Origin: Alphaproteobacteria bacterium
Lineage (GTDB): Bacteria; Pseudomonadota; Alphaproteobacteria; MPNO01; UBA830
Assembly: GCA_964291215.2 (NCBI GenBank)
Contig: OZ219790.1
Location: 2,144,001-2,208,000, forward strand
Direction: 5' to 3'
DNA: 64,000 nt
The position numbers and the translations under genes were made by a program. How positions within the stretch are numbered: position 1 is the stretch's first letter; the number at the start of each line of letters is the position of its first letter. The notes beneath the pieces are model-generated. The model ran no database searches. It worked only from the letters and a program-made list of their open reading frames with translations, and was not told where the DNA came from. Positions 52,252 through 61,903 of the stretch are shown piece after piece.

Positions 52252-53259
52252 ATGCCCGTCTATACCGTCCGGCGCGCGCTCGTCGCGGTTCCGACCCTTC
52301 TCCTGATCAGCCTGGTCCTGTTCCTGCTGCTCGATCTGGCGCCAGGTGATCCGACCGCGCAGCTGCCGCTGACAATTCCGCCCGAGGTGAAGGAGAAGAT
52401 TCGCCACTCGCTCGGGCTGGGCGAGCCGATATACGTCCGCTACCTGCTCTGGCTCCAGCAGTTCTTCGTCAACGAACCCCTTCACCTGTTGTCGCAGTTG
52501 ACGGGGCTGGACCTCGGCAGCGACCGGCACAGGGTGATTTCGTGGCAAACACGTTCTCCCGTAGTCGATCTCGTGATCGAGAGGCTGCCGCAAACGCTGT
52601 GGGTCGTCGGATTGTCCTATGTCGTCGGTATCGCCATCGGGCTCCCGGTCGGGATCATCTCGGCCCGGCACCAATACGGATGGTTCGATCAGCTCGGAAC
52701 CTTCGTCTCCATGGTCGGGTTCTCCGTGCCCACATTCTTCAGCAGCGTTTTGCTGATCGTCGTGTTCTCCGTCGAGCTCGGCTGGTTTCCGTCGATCTAC
52801 GACACCACCCACAGGGTCACCGGCTGGGACAGCCTGCTGTTTCAGCTCCGGCAGATGGCAATGCCGGTCACGGTGCTCGCGCTGTACAACGCAGCGCAGA
52901 TCAGCCGCTTCATGCGGTCATCCGCGCTCGACAATCTCAATCTGGATTATGTGCGCACCGCCCGGGCCAAGGGTATGTCGGAACGAAGGGTGATCTTCGT
53001 TCATGTCCTGCGAAACGCCGTCGGGCCGGTGGTGACGGTCGTGGCACTCGGCGTTCCGAGCATATTCGGCGGCGCGATCATCACCGAGCAGATCTTCAAG
53101 ATCAACGGGCTGGGACAGCTGCTGATCACGTCGATCCAGGCCAGCGACCTGCCGACGGTGCAAACCCTGACATTCATCTTCGCGGTGCTGATCGTCGCGT
53201 GCAACCTGCTGGCGGATCTCCTCCTCGGTATTCTCGATCCGCGAATCCGCTATGGCTGA
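52252..53259 (+). CDS. Peptide ABC transporter permease (DppB/OppB-like)
   Basis: APGDP, DYVRTARAKG..HVLRNA EAA loop, LDPRIR. Confidence 0.92.
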   Translation: MPVYTVRRALVAVPTLLLISLVLFLLLDLAPGDPTAQLPLTIPPEVKEKIRHSLGLGEPIYVRYLLWLQQFFVNEPLHLLSQLTGLDLGSDRHRVISWQTRSPVVDLVIERLPQTLWVVGLSYVVGIAIGLPVGIISARHQYGWFDQLGTFVSMVGFSVPTFFSSVLLIVVFSVELGWFPSIYDTTHRVTGWDSLLFQLRQMAMPVTVLALYNAAQISRFMRSSALDNLNLDYVRTARAKGMSERRVIFVHVLRNAVGPVVTVVALGVPSIFGGAIITEQIFKINGLGQLLITSIQASDLPTVQTLTFIFAVLIVACNLLADLLLGILDPRIRYG

Positions 53260-54142
53260 GGTCGCTTCCGGCCAGCGCTTCCGCGAGCGTCACGTGGTGC
53301 GTCAATTCATGCACCACAAGGGGGCGCTGCTCGGTTTCGCGTTCCTCGTCTTCATCCTGGTGTTCGTCGCGTTCGGCCCGCTGATCTGGACCGTCGATCC
53401 CCAGTTCATCGACATCCGGGCGCGGAATTCGGGAATGAGCCTTGCCCATCCGTTGGGCACCGATCAGCTCGGGCGGGACATGCTGGCGCGCCTGATGGCA
53501 GGGGGGCGTGCTTCGGTGGCCGTCGGCGGCGCCGCGGTGCTGCTCTCGCTCCTCATCGGCAGCCTCGTCGGTCTTCTTGCAGGCTTCGTGCGCTGGCTGG
53601 ATGGCCCTCTGATGCGCTTGACCGACCTGTTTCTGTCCCTTCCGCTCCTGCCCCTCTTGCTCGTTGTCATACTGTTGTTTCGCGACGCGCTGCGGGCCGC
53701 TTTCGGACCCGAGGCGGGGATTTTCATCCTCATGGTGGGCGTAATTGGCCTCACCGGCTGGATGCAGACCGCCCGCATCGTCCGTGGCGAGGTCCTCACC
53801 GTGAAGGAGCGCGAGTTCGTGGTCGCCGCGCGGGCGGTAGGGCTGCCGGAGCACCGGATCGCACGGTGCCATGTTCTGCCCAACGTTCTCTCGTCCATCA
53901 CGGTTTCGGCGACGCTGGGCATGGCCAACGCCATCATTACGGAATCGGCGCTCTCCTTTCTCGGGCTCGGGTTCCCGTCGGACTTCGCGACATGGGGGCG
54001 CCTGCTGTTCGACGCCATCGACTATCTGCAGCAATATCCAGGCCGGGTTCTGTGGCCCGGCCTGACAATTTCTCTCACGGTGCTGTCGGTAAACTACATG
54101 GGCGATGGCCTCCGCGACTCGCTCGATCCGCGGACGCGTTGA
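53252..54142 (+). CDS. Peptide ABC transporter permease (DppC/OppC-like)
   Basis: HPLGTDQLGRD, EFVVAARAVG, ESALSFLGLG, GDGLRDSLDPR. Confidence 0.92.
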   Translation: MAEVASGQRFRERHVVRQFMHHKGALLGFAFLVFILVFVAFGPLIWTVDPQFIDIRARNSGMSLAHPLGTDQLGRDMLARLMAGGRASVAVGGAAVLLSLLIGSLVGLLAGFVRWLDGPLMRLTDLFLSLPLLPLLLVVILLFRDALRAAFGPEAGIFILMVGVIGLTGWMQTARIVRGEVLTVKEREFVVAARAVGLPEHRIARCHVLPNVLSSITVSATLGMANAIITESALSFLGLGFPSDFATWGRLLFDAIDYLQQYPGRVLWPGLTISLTVLSVNYMGDGLRDSLDPRTR

Positions 54143-54289
54143 CCGCCAAGGGCCTGGAACGGCATGAGAACGACCTGGATCACGATTCCCACCGGCCGGG
54201 GACAGTGCAACGCGCGACCGGAACGCAACGGCGATGATTGCCATTCCACTGGTACCGCCCCGGCGGCGCAAGCCCGCTTTCGTTCTCCG

Positions 54290-54776
54290 ATATCGAAGCC
54301 GGTCGCGAGCACAGCACGGGCCTCAGATATTGCGGCAACCGTCCCGGCGGACCCGAGCACCCAAGGGTACGCATACCGGGTTCTGGGCGGTCACGGTTCG
54401 CGCCAACTGGCGGGAGATCTTCCGCTTCGAGGGACGGCCATACCACCGATGTCGACTACCTGGACTACCACTACGGAGGTAACGCTCATGCCCATGCACG
54501 ACCCGCTCCATCCCGGCGCATTCATCCGGCGCCAGTGCCTCCAATCTCTCGGACTGACGGTGACCGAGGCCGCGAAGGGGCTTTCGGTCTCGCGCAATAG
54601 GCTGTCGATGCCGCTCAACGATTGTCTCGCCATCTCCCCGAAGATGGCGATCCTGCTGTCCGAGGCCTTCGGCAGCAGCCTCCGAGAGCTGGTTGACGCA
54701 GCAGATGAAGTACGAGCTCCGGCGCGCGCAGCAGAACCGCGACCCGATCGAGATCCGCAAATTCGCGGCAGTCTGA
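54290..54776 (+). pseudogene. Decayed HigB toxin (to ~54474) and HigA antitoxin (54488-54776)
   Basis: GFWAVTVRANWREIFRFEG..DVDYLDYH followed by MHDPLHPGAFIR..LGLTVTEAAKGL..AISPKMA; both frameshifted. Confidence 0.75.
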
Positions 54777-54843
54777 CTGGCCTGAACCCATCCTTGTTCT
54801 TCCGCAACCGGAACGTCGCGGCGTGGACATGCGGCCGACATCC

Positions 54844-54860
54844 AGGCTACATCGTAGCCT
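54844..54860. promoter_or_regulatory. Palindromic operator upstream of the DinJ-like antitoxin
   Basis: AGGCTAC-ATC-GTAGCCT 16 bp upstream of ATG 54877. Confidence 0.55.
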
Positions 54861-54876
54861 AATGGAGCATCGACAC

Positions 54877-55383
54877 ATGCGCACCGTCGTTCGGGCCCGT
54901 ATCGACGAAAAGACCAAGCAGGAAGCAGCCGCCGTAATCGACGCGATCGGCCTCACCGTGTCCGATGCCTTCCGCCTGATGATGGTGCGGATTGCGACCG
55001 AAAAACGCCTGCCGTTCGAGCCCCCGGTGCCGAACGCGGAGACCATTGCGGCCATGGAGGCCGCGCGGCGTGGCGACCTGGCCACGGTCGACGATGTCGA
55101 CGGCTTGATGGCCGACCTTCACGCGGACGATCAGAGGACCGCGGTCTTCGAACAGGATTACAGGCGCGAGAAGAAGGGCCGATGCGCCAGGACCGCCGAT
55201 GCCGAGCTCGCGCATGTCGTAGCCGAGCTGGCGGAGGACCGGCCGCTCCCGCCGCACCATCGCGACCGTGCGCTTGGCGGGCAGTGGAGGAACCACCGGG
55301 GCTGCCATGTTCGGCCCGCCACGGTCCTGATCTTCCGCAAGTCCGACGCCGAACATGTGGATCTCGTGTCTTGTCATTCATAA
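54877..55383 (+). pseudogene. RelB/DinJ antitoxin fused in frame to a degenerate, IS-truncated YafQ toxin
   Basis: VVRARIDEKTKQEAAAV..GLTVSDAFR..PNAETIAAM reading through into F..DYRRE..ALGGQW..RGCHVRP..LIFRK. Confidence 0.75.
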
Positions 55384-56458
55384 AATGTCGGATAAAGGCG
55401 TTTGAGTTTCACGCGGGCATCGTTGGTGGTGAACTGCCAATCCACCTTGGCCTGAATGCGGTCGCCTGCCAGGCGGCGACTTCCCGGCGTAACACCTCGA
55501 TGCAGTCGATGCGGCGGTTCAGGCGGATCATGACGTTGAGTTCCACCACGTTCAGCCAACTGCCGTGCTTGGGGGTGTAGACGAACTCGAAGCGGTCCCA
55601 CAGGGCCTCGTCCGGCGGGTAGGCCTCGTAGAGGGCGCCGGGGAGTGTTGAGATTGTCCATCACCAGGGTGATGGTGGTGGCATCTTGGTAGCGCCCGGC
55701 GATGTCGGCCAGGAACTGCGCGATCTTGCGCCCGGTTACCTTGGTCATGCGCTTGCCGGCCAGGGGTTCCGTGAAGACGTTGCAGGTACCGCAACGTCGA
55801 TACTCATAGTCGTTACGCCCGTCCCGGCGCCATGGCGATCGGTTGCCGTGTCTCGCCGGTCGGGGCGTTTCGTCCATGCAGACCACGGGGAAAGCGGCGG
55901 GGCGGCGATCGAGCACCTTCGCTGCGGCGAAGTCGGCGTTCCCTTGAGGAGGAATCACCCACCCGCTGCCATGGCTTGAGGCAGTTTTTTTAGAACACGC
56001 CGCACCGTCTCGTGTGACACGGTATCAACAAGCTCGACAACGCGGTCGGCCAGCAGCCGCAACGACCATTGCGCGTAACCCTCAGGCGGTTCACCACAAC
56101 TCAGGGCCACGCGCCTCGAAGGTGCCGTCGGCTTTTCGCATATAGGTAGGACGGCGCCGGCCACCCAATGCCGCCTCCAGCCCCTCGAAACGCTTCTTTA
56201 CTCGGTCTACTTTGCGCATGCTGATGCGCAGAATCTCGGCAATGACCTTCCCGGTCATCTGGCATTCATTGAACGCGCTCTCGTCGCAGTTAAGCAGGGC
56301 GTTGATTACCTTTTGCGACAGGTGCGAGCCCTTGATCTCCGAAAGTTCTGCCCGTTCGTCCAGGGTCACCACGCAGCGTTTCATACTCCGACCTCCATCC
56401 CGAATGGACGGACAGTCTAGCACCAAATGTACGACATATCATTGCTGACATAACACTA
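55366..56458 (-). mobile_element. IS630-family element, frameshifted, near-identical to 250-1018
   Basis: MDETP, VMDNLNT, YTPKHGSWLNV and VDWQFTTNDARVKLKRLYP motifs; both ends visible. Confidence 0.88.
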
Positions 56459-56943
56459 GTGCGTCTCGGCCCGCACGACAACTCGGCCTCTGAACGGCCG
56501 CGCCCTCCGGACCCCCGCCGTCCAGTAGTAGGCTGACACTCCGGTCCACAACTGCGCACCTTCGCCAGAATCGCCGCATGACGGCCGCAGCCCGCCGCCT
56601 GCGCACCTTCTCCCGCGTTTCCGCGCCGTACCACACGTCTGCCCGTTTCCGGTGCCAAGCGCTGCGGCAGTCGGGGGAAGAGCGTAACAAGGATGTACCC
56701 ATTGTCCGGCGCGCGGCAACGATGGACGGCATGTTTTCGATGTCCTCGCTGATGGCGAGTTTCAAGCGCTCATTGGAGGGCACGATGGCGAGTTGGCAGC
56801 AAGCGAGAAGGAGTCAGCGCGGTCGTTCGGGCTGGCTCGTCGGCGGAGCACGGACCGGGAGTTTGCTATCGTATAGTCGGCGTCACCGATCGAGGTGTGA
56901 GCGCATGACCGCAGCGTTGCCATGACCTCTCTTCGTCATCTGA

Positions 56944-57043
56944 ATCCGACCTTAGCAAATATAAAATATGTGAAAGTTGGAAACCTTGACGGCATGTGGC
57001 AAGATTCCTACTTTATAGATGATGATAATCGAGAAAGTAGGAA
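56944..57043 (+). promoter_or_regulatory. Promoter TTGACG-N17-TACTTT overlapped by two inverted-repeat operators
   Basis: -35 at 56986-56991, -10 at 57009-57014; TTCCTACTTT-N19-AAAGTAGGAA (57005-57043) and degenerate ATCCGACCTT-N19-AAAGTTGGAA (56944-56982). Confidence 0.7.
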
Positions 57044-58843
57044 ATGCTGCATCTCGTTGGCGAGACTATCGACAAGCACCGCGCGCAATATGGCGTGGAG
57101 ACCGGCAGGCTCGTCCGGATCATGCGGGGCATTTACGTGGCAGCAGAGGATGACGCCGACGCCGTCCTGTTCGATCATGCGCTGCGAATCGCTGCCTATC
57201 TGTACCCGAACACCTATCTTTGCGGAGCCAGCGCCGAGCGGCTCGCGCCGACGCCGGACAGGCGTCTATTCCTGAGTGGCCGACGCATCGCGCGTACGCG
57301 GCTGCGCGATCTGGAAATCATACAGACGCTCGCCCCTGACGCTCCGGAAACAGAGACCGTTCAGACCGTCGACCCCTCGGGCGACCTGAGGGTCAGGCGC
57401 TCGGCGCTGCGCTTTCGCTATCTGGAATCCTTCCGGCGGCGCAGTGAAGCTGGCGCCGCCATGACGATCGAAATGCAGACCGACATCGCCGCCCGTCTCG
57501 TCGAAGCCGCTGGCGGTAAACAGGGGCCAATCATCGAGTGTCGGCGACTGGCTCAGGCCAACGGGTGGCAGGCGGAGGCTGGACGGGCCGAAGCATTTTT
57601 CACCACACCACTCCGAGAGGCGCCGCAGCGGGCGACGCCGCTTCATGTCGGATGGCACGGCGAGGAGATCGGCGTCCTGTTTCATGACGGATCGGCTTGG
57701 CGCTGGGAGCCGACCGCCGCCAAAGGCGCAACACCGGTTCGGACCGGTGCGCCGGGCCGGCTTCCGCCCTTCATCGAAAGCCTGCTGCCGGAAGGATGGC
57801 TCGAACACGTATTGAAGCCAAAGTCAGAGCGGGAGCGAATATCCACCGGCAAGCGCTACATGTCGAACATCGTCGTCTCGGAGAACCCGGACGATCTTCG
57901 GGCTCTCCCCGCGGACGTGCTGGAAGGACAGCTCGATACATATGCTGACGGGAGCGTGTTCGCCGGCAGCTACGCCGGACCCGCGCCTTCCTTCGACGAG
58001 ACGCTGGAAGACCGCATGGCCGCCTTGTACGGATCGACGGTGACGCCGCGCCTGTCGGGCGTTCAGATCAAGGCGCCCATGAACCTCTCGCATGACGGTG
58101 TGTTGCGGTCGGCCGGGGATCGGGCCTTCACGCACATCCTTAAGCCTTCTCCGGGTGCCGGTTTTGAGGATCTCCCTCTGGTTGAAGCGGCATGTCTGGC
58201 GGCCGCTCGAGCCTGTGGGCTCGAAACGGCAGCCCATGCGATCGTCTCGATGCCGGATGATCTCCCCGACGCGCTGCTGGTCGAGCGCTTCGATATCCGG
58301 CGAGATCGTAACGACGGTCGCAGGATGGCGATGGAAGACATGGCGTCCGTTCGCGGCGTCGCGCCTTCGGAGAAATACGACGGTTCCATCGAGCAGGTCG
58401 CACGGGCGCTCCGGGGCGTCTCGAGCGACGCCAACGTGGATCTCGCAGCGTTGCTTGGCCGCACCGTGTTCGCCTGGCTCATAGCCGATGGCGACTTTCA
58501 CCTGAAGAACATGGCCGTTCTGAGGGTGGCGCCCGATGGTGCGGAAAATTTTGCATCCGTCCGGTTCGCGCCGACCTACGATGCCGTGACAACGCGGGTC
58601 TTTCCGGGGCTTGAAGACGACGACCTAGCGCTCTCGCTGGCGGGCAAACGTAATCGACTGTCGTCCAGCGACTTTGTCCGGGCGGGCGTGACGATGGGCA
58701 TTAGTGCGGAGTGGGCTCGCAATATCGTCGAGTCTTTGTGTGCTCGCCTGAGCACCCACCTCAGCGACCTCGGCCCTGGGTCCGATCGCGTCGATCGAGC
58801 GATCGAGATCTGGAAGAAGCGAATCGAGATCACCACCGGCTGA
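57044..58843 (+). CDS. HipA-family kinase with extra N-terminal (AbiEi-like, probable DNA-binding) domain
   Basis: LPPFIESLLPEGW coupling domain, LSGVQIK, HILKP, LVERFD, DGDFHLKN and APTYD kinase motifs; N-terminal GRLVRIMRGIYV..YLCGASA. Confidence 0.85.
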   Translation: MLHLVGETIDKHRAQYGVETGRLVRIMRGIYVAAEDDADAVLFDHALRIAAYLYPNTYLCGASAERLAPTPDRRLFLSGRRIARTRLRDLEIIQTLAPDAPETETVQTVDPSGDLRVRRSALRFRYLESFRRRSEAGAAMTIEMQTDIAARLVEAAGGKQGPIIECRRLAQANGWQAEAGRAEAFFTTPLREAPQRATPLHVGWHGEEIGVLFHDGSAWRWEPTAAKGATPVRTGAPGRLPPFIESLLPEGWLEHVLKPKSERERISTGKRYMSNIVVSENPDDLRALPADVLEGQLDTYADGSVFAGSYAGPAPSFDETLEDRMAALYGSTVTPRLSGVQIKAPMNLSHDGVLRSAGDRAFTHILKPSPGAGFEDLPLVEAACLAAARACGLETAAHAIVSMPDDLPDALLVERFDIRRDRNDGRRMAMEDMASVRGVAPSEKYDGSIEQVARALRGVSSDANVDLAALLGRTVFAWLIADGDFHLKNMAVLRVAPDGAENFASVRFAPTYDAVTTRVFPGLEDDDLALSLAGKRNRLSSSDFVRAGVTMGISAEWARNIVESLCARLSTHLSDLGPGSDRVDRAIEIWKKRIEITTG

Positions 58844-58879
58844 AGGCCGGATGCCGATGCTGGGATCGACCGAAGCCGG

Positions 58880-59170
58880 TTCGAGAGCCGCCGACCTCAC
58901 TCGTTCCTGGCGGCCGAACACGAAGGTGCCGGCGGCAGTGAGCGGCCTGACGACATCGTCCGCGGAAACGTGGTTGCAGAGCGCCGGCGTGCCCGCCGGC
59001 GTCGGCAGGTCGAGCGAGCCGATCGCGTCCTTCAGCCCGACCGGCGGCCCGTGAAGCGCTCCGGCCGGAGCTGCGGCGAGCGACCGATCCTCGTCGAGGG
59101 TGATGACGGCGTCGAAGCCGGCGGCGTTCCGGCGCCTGGTCCAGCAGTTGCGGCCCTCCGGTCACGCGGG
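58880..59170 (-). pseudogene. Amidase N-terminal remnant
   Basis: Manual translation AVITLDEDRSLAAA..GALHGPPVGLKDAI..LPTPAGTPAL..LTAAG. Confidence 0.55.
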
Positions 59171-59208
59171 CGAACATGTCGGTCCTGGAACCTCCGGTGT
59201 CCCGGCTG

Positions 59209-59595
59209 TCACAGGGCGCGGGTGCGGCGCCGATACCGGGCCACCATTGGATCGGCGGTCAGGAGCATGAAACCCTTGAGCCGCGCCTGCGCGACCAGAA
59301 CGCGATCGAATGGATCTCCATAAAACGGCAGCAGCAACCCGATCTCTGCCGCGTGGACTCCGGTTGTCCGCAGTTCCGAATAGCCGTTGTCCAGCAGCCC
59401 CTGCCGCAGCAGGCGCGGATCCATTCGGAAGTCGGTGCGCCCGAGCGTGTCCTTGATGGCGACTTCCGAGATCGACACGGCGCTGAAAAACAGCTCCGTT
59501 GCCGGCGATTCGATGAGCCTGCGAACCTCCGCCGACAACCGGTCCGAGCGGACTGCCGACCAGAGCAGGAAATGCGTGTCGAGGCGAAGCTTCAC
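59209..59595 (-). CDS. PIN-domain VapC-family toxin
   Basis: LDTHFLLW, FSAVSISEVAIK and DPFDRVLVAQA..LLTAD motifs. Confidence 0.85.
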   Translation of the reverse strand: MKLRLDTHFLLWSAVRSDRLSAEVRRLIESPATELFFSAVSISEVAIKDTLGRTDFRMDPRLLRQGLLDNGYSELRTTGVHAAEIGLLLPFYGDPFDRVLVAQARLKGFMLLTADPMVARYRRRTRAL

Positions 59596-59831
59596 TTGCC
59601 GACCGAGAACACGGCCTGGATTTCCCGGGCGCCCATGCTGTCGAAGTCCGGCGGCACCAAGATCCGCCCGGCCAGGAATCCGATCCGGCTGTGGGAGTCC
59701 GGCGTATCAAGGGCAACAACCTGGACCACAGGCTTGCCCGCGCGCGCGATGACGAACGGTTCGCCTTCGGCCGCCATCTTGACGAGACGCAAGAAATCAG
59801 TCCTGGCTTCGTGCATGTTGACGATGCGCAT
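59592..59831 (-). CDS. Phd/YefM-family antitoxin
   Basis: VNMHEART.F.RLV..A.GEPFVIARAGKPV; GTGA overlap with the toxin gene. Confidence 0.85.
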   Translation of the reverse strand: MRIVNMHEARTDFLRLVKMAAEGEPFVIARAGKPVVQVVALDTPDSHSRIGFLAGRILVPPDFDSMGAREIQAVFSVGK

Positions 59832-59875
59832 GAGAATGTCTCCTTGCCAATTCGTCTGTTGGACTTTGCTAACTT

Positions 59876-60238
59876 CGTATGTCCTGACCTCGTGATTTGA
59901 ATTGATCCGCCCGGCTCCCATTTTTTCCAACACAACCAGCGATTTTCCCGGTTTTTTTGCTTGACAACGTAGCCGCGCGACGATACGATATACCATGATG
60001 CTTGGAATTGGATGGCCCCGGCCATGAACACGTTCGCGATGCACCCTCCTGAAGTCGTCCAGATCGGAACCTCAAAGAGATCTGCAGGCGGCGTGAGCCG
60101 CGCGACCGTGCAGCGGGCGGTGAAGAAGCTCCGGAACCGGCCTCCGCATGATCTACGAACTGCCAGACAACGCACGCAAACTCGACCCAGAAGCATCACC
60201 CTGATTGGAAGAAATCAAAGCCGAGGTCAGGATGTCTG
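59876..60238 (+). mobile_element. MITE family 2, second copy with a different internal deletion
   Basis: CGTATGTCCTGACCTCG / CGAGGTCAGGATGTCTG ends; flanks AACTT / AATTT; homologous to 30429-30800 at both ends. Confidence 0.8.
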
Positions 60239-60289
60239 AATTTGGGCAGGCGACGCAAGCGGGAAAACCGTATCTGCCAGCAGACGACG

Positions 60290-60411
60290 TTCAAGCCGAC
60301 GGCATCGCGCACGATGCCGTCCTGTCCCGCGAAATCCTATACGAGACACTGTCGGGAGACCGCAATCCCAGTCTGAACACGGTCCTCGGGGTCGTCGGCG
60401 CCCCAGCCTGA
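60290..60411 (+). pseudogene. Addiction-module antidote (HTH) remnant
   Basis: IAHDAVLSREILYETLSGDRNPSLNTVLGVVGA. Confidence 0.55.
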
Positions 60412-60439
60412 CACTGCGCGCCGAAGCTGCGCCGGGCCC

Positions 60440-60780
60440 GGCGATGAACATGCGGAAGAGTTCCTGAAGAGCTTCGACAGCATCCTGCAAGCCGATGGCT
60501 GCGCCGGTCGCGGCCGACGCACCGGATCTGGCCGCAAGACGGTACGCCGCTGCGGCTTGCGCATGCGCCACCTCCGCGAAATCTGCAACGGCAGCAAGCC
60601 CGAGATCGACACCACCGAAGGCATGCGCGGGATTGTTGAGCTTTACGACATCAAAGCCGGTATCCACAGCAGCCGCCCGAGCTGCGTTTCGCCGAACGGC
60701 AGACAGGCGGCGCGTCCGCATCCTGCTCAGATCCCGGCTTGCAACACGGCCCCGGCGCCGCGAAAGCCACCAGCGCGGCC
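60440..60780 (+). mobile_element. IS66 tnpC internal remnant
   Basis: HAEEFLKSFDSILQADG..AHA..IVELYDIK motifs. Confidence 0.55.
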
Positions 60781-60803
60781 TGCACCGTCCGGCACCTGCC
60801 CCG

Positions 60804-61868
60804 TTACCCCGAGGTCAGGGCGAACGCCGGCGCAACCTTCTCGCCGAACAGCCGCACGGAGATGGCGGCCTCCTCGTAGGACAGGTCGTGGAAATTCACC
60901 TGCATGGACGCGTGGTCGCAGCCGCCGACCGCGCGGTCAAGCTCGTGGAGCTGCTCGACGATGTCATCCGGCGTGCCCACGAAGGCGGCCGAACTCTTGA
61001 TCTGCGACTCGAGCGTCTGCTCGGCGATGCGCCGGCGCAGCACATCGTAGCCCCGATACGAATCGGACGCGGTCCCGTGGCGGTAGCCTTCCATCGCGTC
61101 GACGATCGACGCGAAATGTCCCTCGATACCGTGTTCCGCGATTCTCAGGGCATCGTCGCGGTTGTCGCGGCAGTACATGTAGACCGCCATCATTACCTGC
61201 GGCGCGCCGGGATGGCCCGCAGACCGGTAGGCTTCGCGATAGCTCCCCATCATCTCCATTGGATCCGAGCCAACCCCGGGAATGGCCATGATGTGATGGC
61301 CCATGCGGCCGGCACGCTCGAACGAGGCCGGCGTCCCGACTACCGCAACGAAGAACGGCGGGCGCGGCTTCTGAGTCGGGCGCGGCCATGAAGTGACGTT
61401 CTCGAAGCTATGGAACCGGCCGCGGCTGGTTACGGTCTCGTTCTCGAGCAGCAGCGCCACCTGCATCATCCCTTCCTCGAAGCGCGGAACACTCTCGTCG
61501 ATGTCGACCTCGAAGTGGGCGAACTCCTGGGGCAGGAACGCGCGCGCGAACCCGACATCAAGCCGCCCGCCCGAGATGCCGTCAAGCATCGCGATCTCGG
61601 CTGCCATCTTCAGGGGATGGTTGAAGGACGGGATCAGGGCGCCCGTCACCATCCGCGCTTTCCGGGTGCGCTGCGAGGCCGCAGACAGGAAGACGATCGG
61701 ACTCGGCGTGTAGCCTCCCCAGCGATGAAAATAGTGCTCGACAGTCCGCACATGCGAAAAACCGCAGCTGTCGCAGAGTTCCACGAGGCGCAGTGACTCG
61801 TCGTAGTACTGCTGCGCCGGCTTGCGGTCCGGTGTCATGTCCGGAAAGAACTGCATGCCGAATTTCAT
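60804..61868 (-). CDS. Luciferase-like monooxygenase (LLM class flavin-dependent oxidoreductase)
   Basis: MKFG, VEHYF..GGYTPSP, HPLKMAAEIAMLDGISGGRLDVG, PRPTQKPRPP, VGTPDD motifs. Confidence 0.9.
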   Translation of the reverse strand: MKFGMQFFPDMTPDRKPAQQYYDESLRLVELCDSCGFSHVRTVEHYFHRWGGYTPSPIVFLSAASQRTRKARMVTGALIPSFNHPLKMAAEIAMLDGISGGRLDVGFARAFLPQEFAHFEVDIDESVPRFEEGMMQVALLLENETVTSRGRFHSFENVTSWPRPTQKPRPPFFVAVVGTPASFERAGRMGHHIMAIPGVGSDPMEMMGSYREAYRSAGHPGAPQVMMAVYMYCRDNRDDALRIAEHGIEGHFASIVDAMEGYRHGTASDSYRGYDVLRRRIAEQTLESQIKSSAAFVGTPDDIVEQLHELDRAVGGCDHASMQVNFHDLSYEEAAISVRLFGEKVAPAFALTSG

Positions 61869-61903
61869 AGAGTTTCCTCCAGGCCGCCCGCCATCGGCGC
61901 GCC

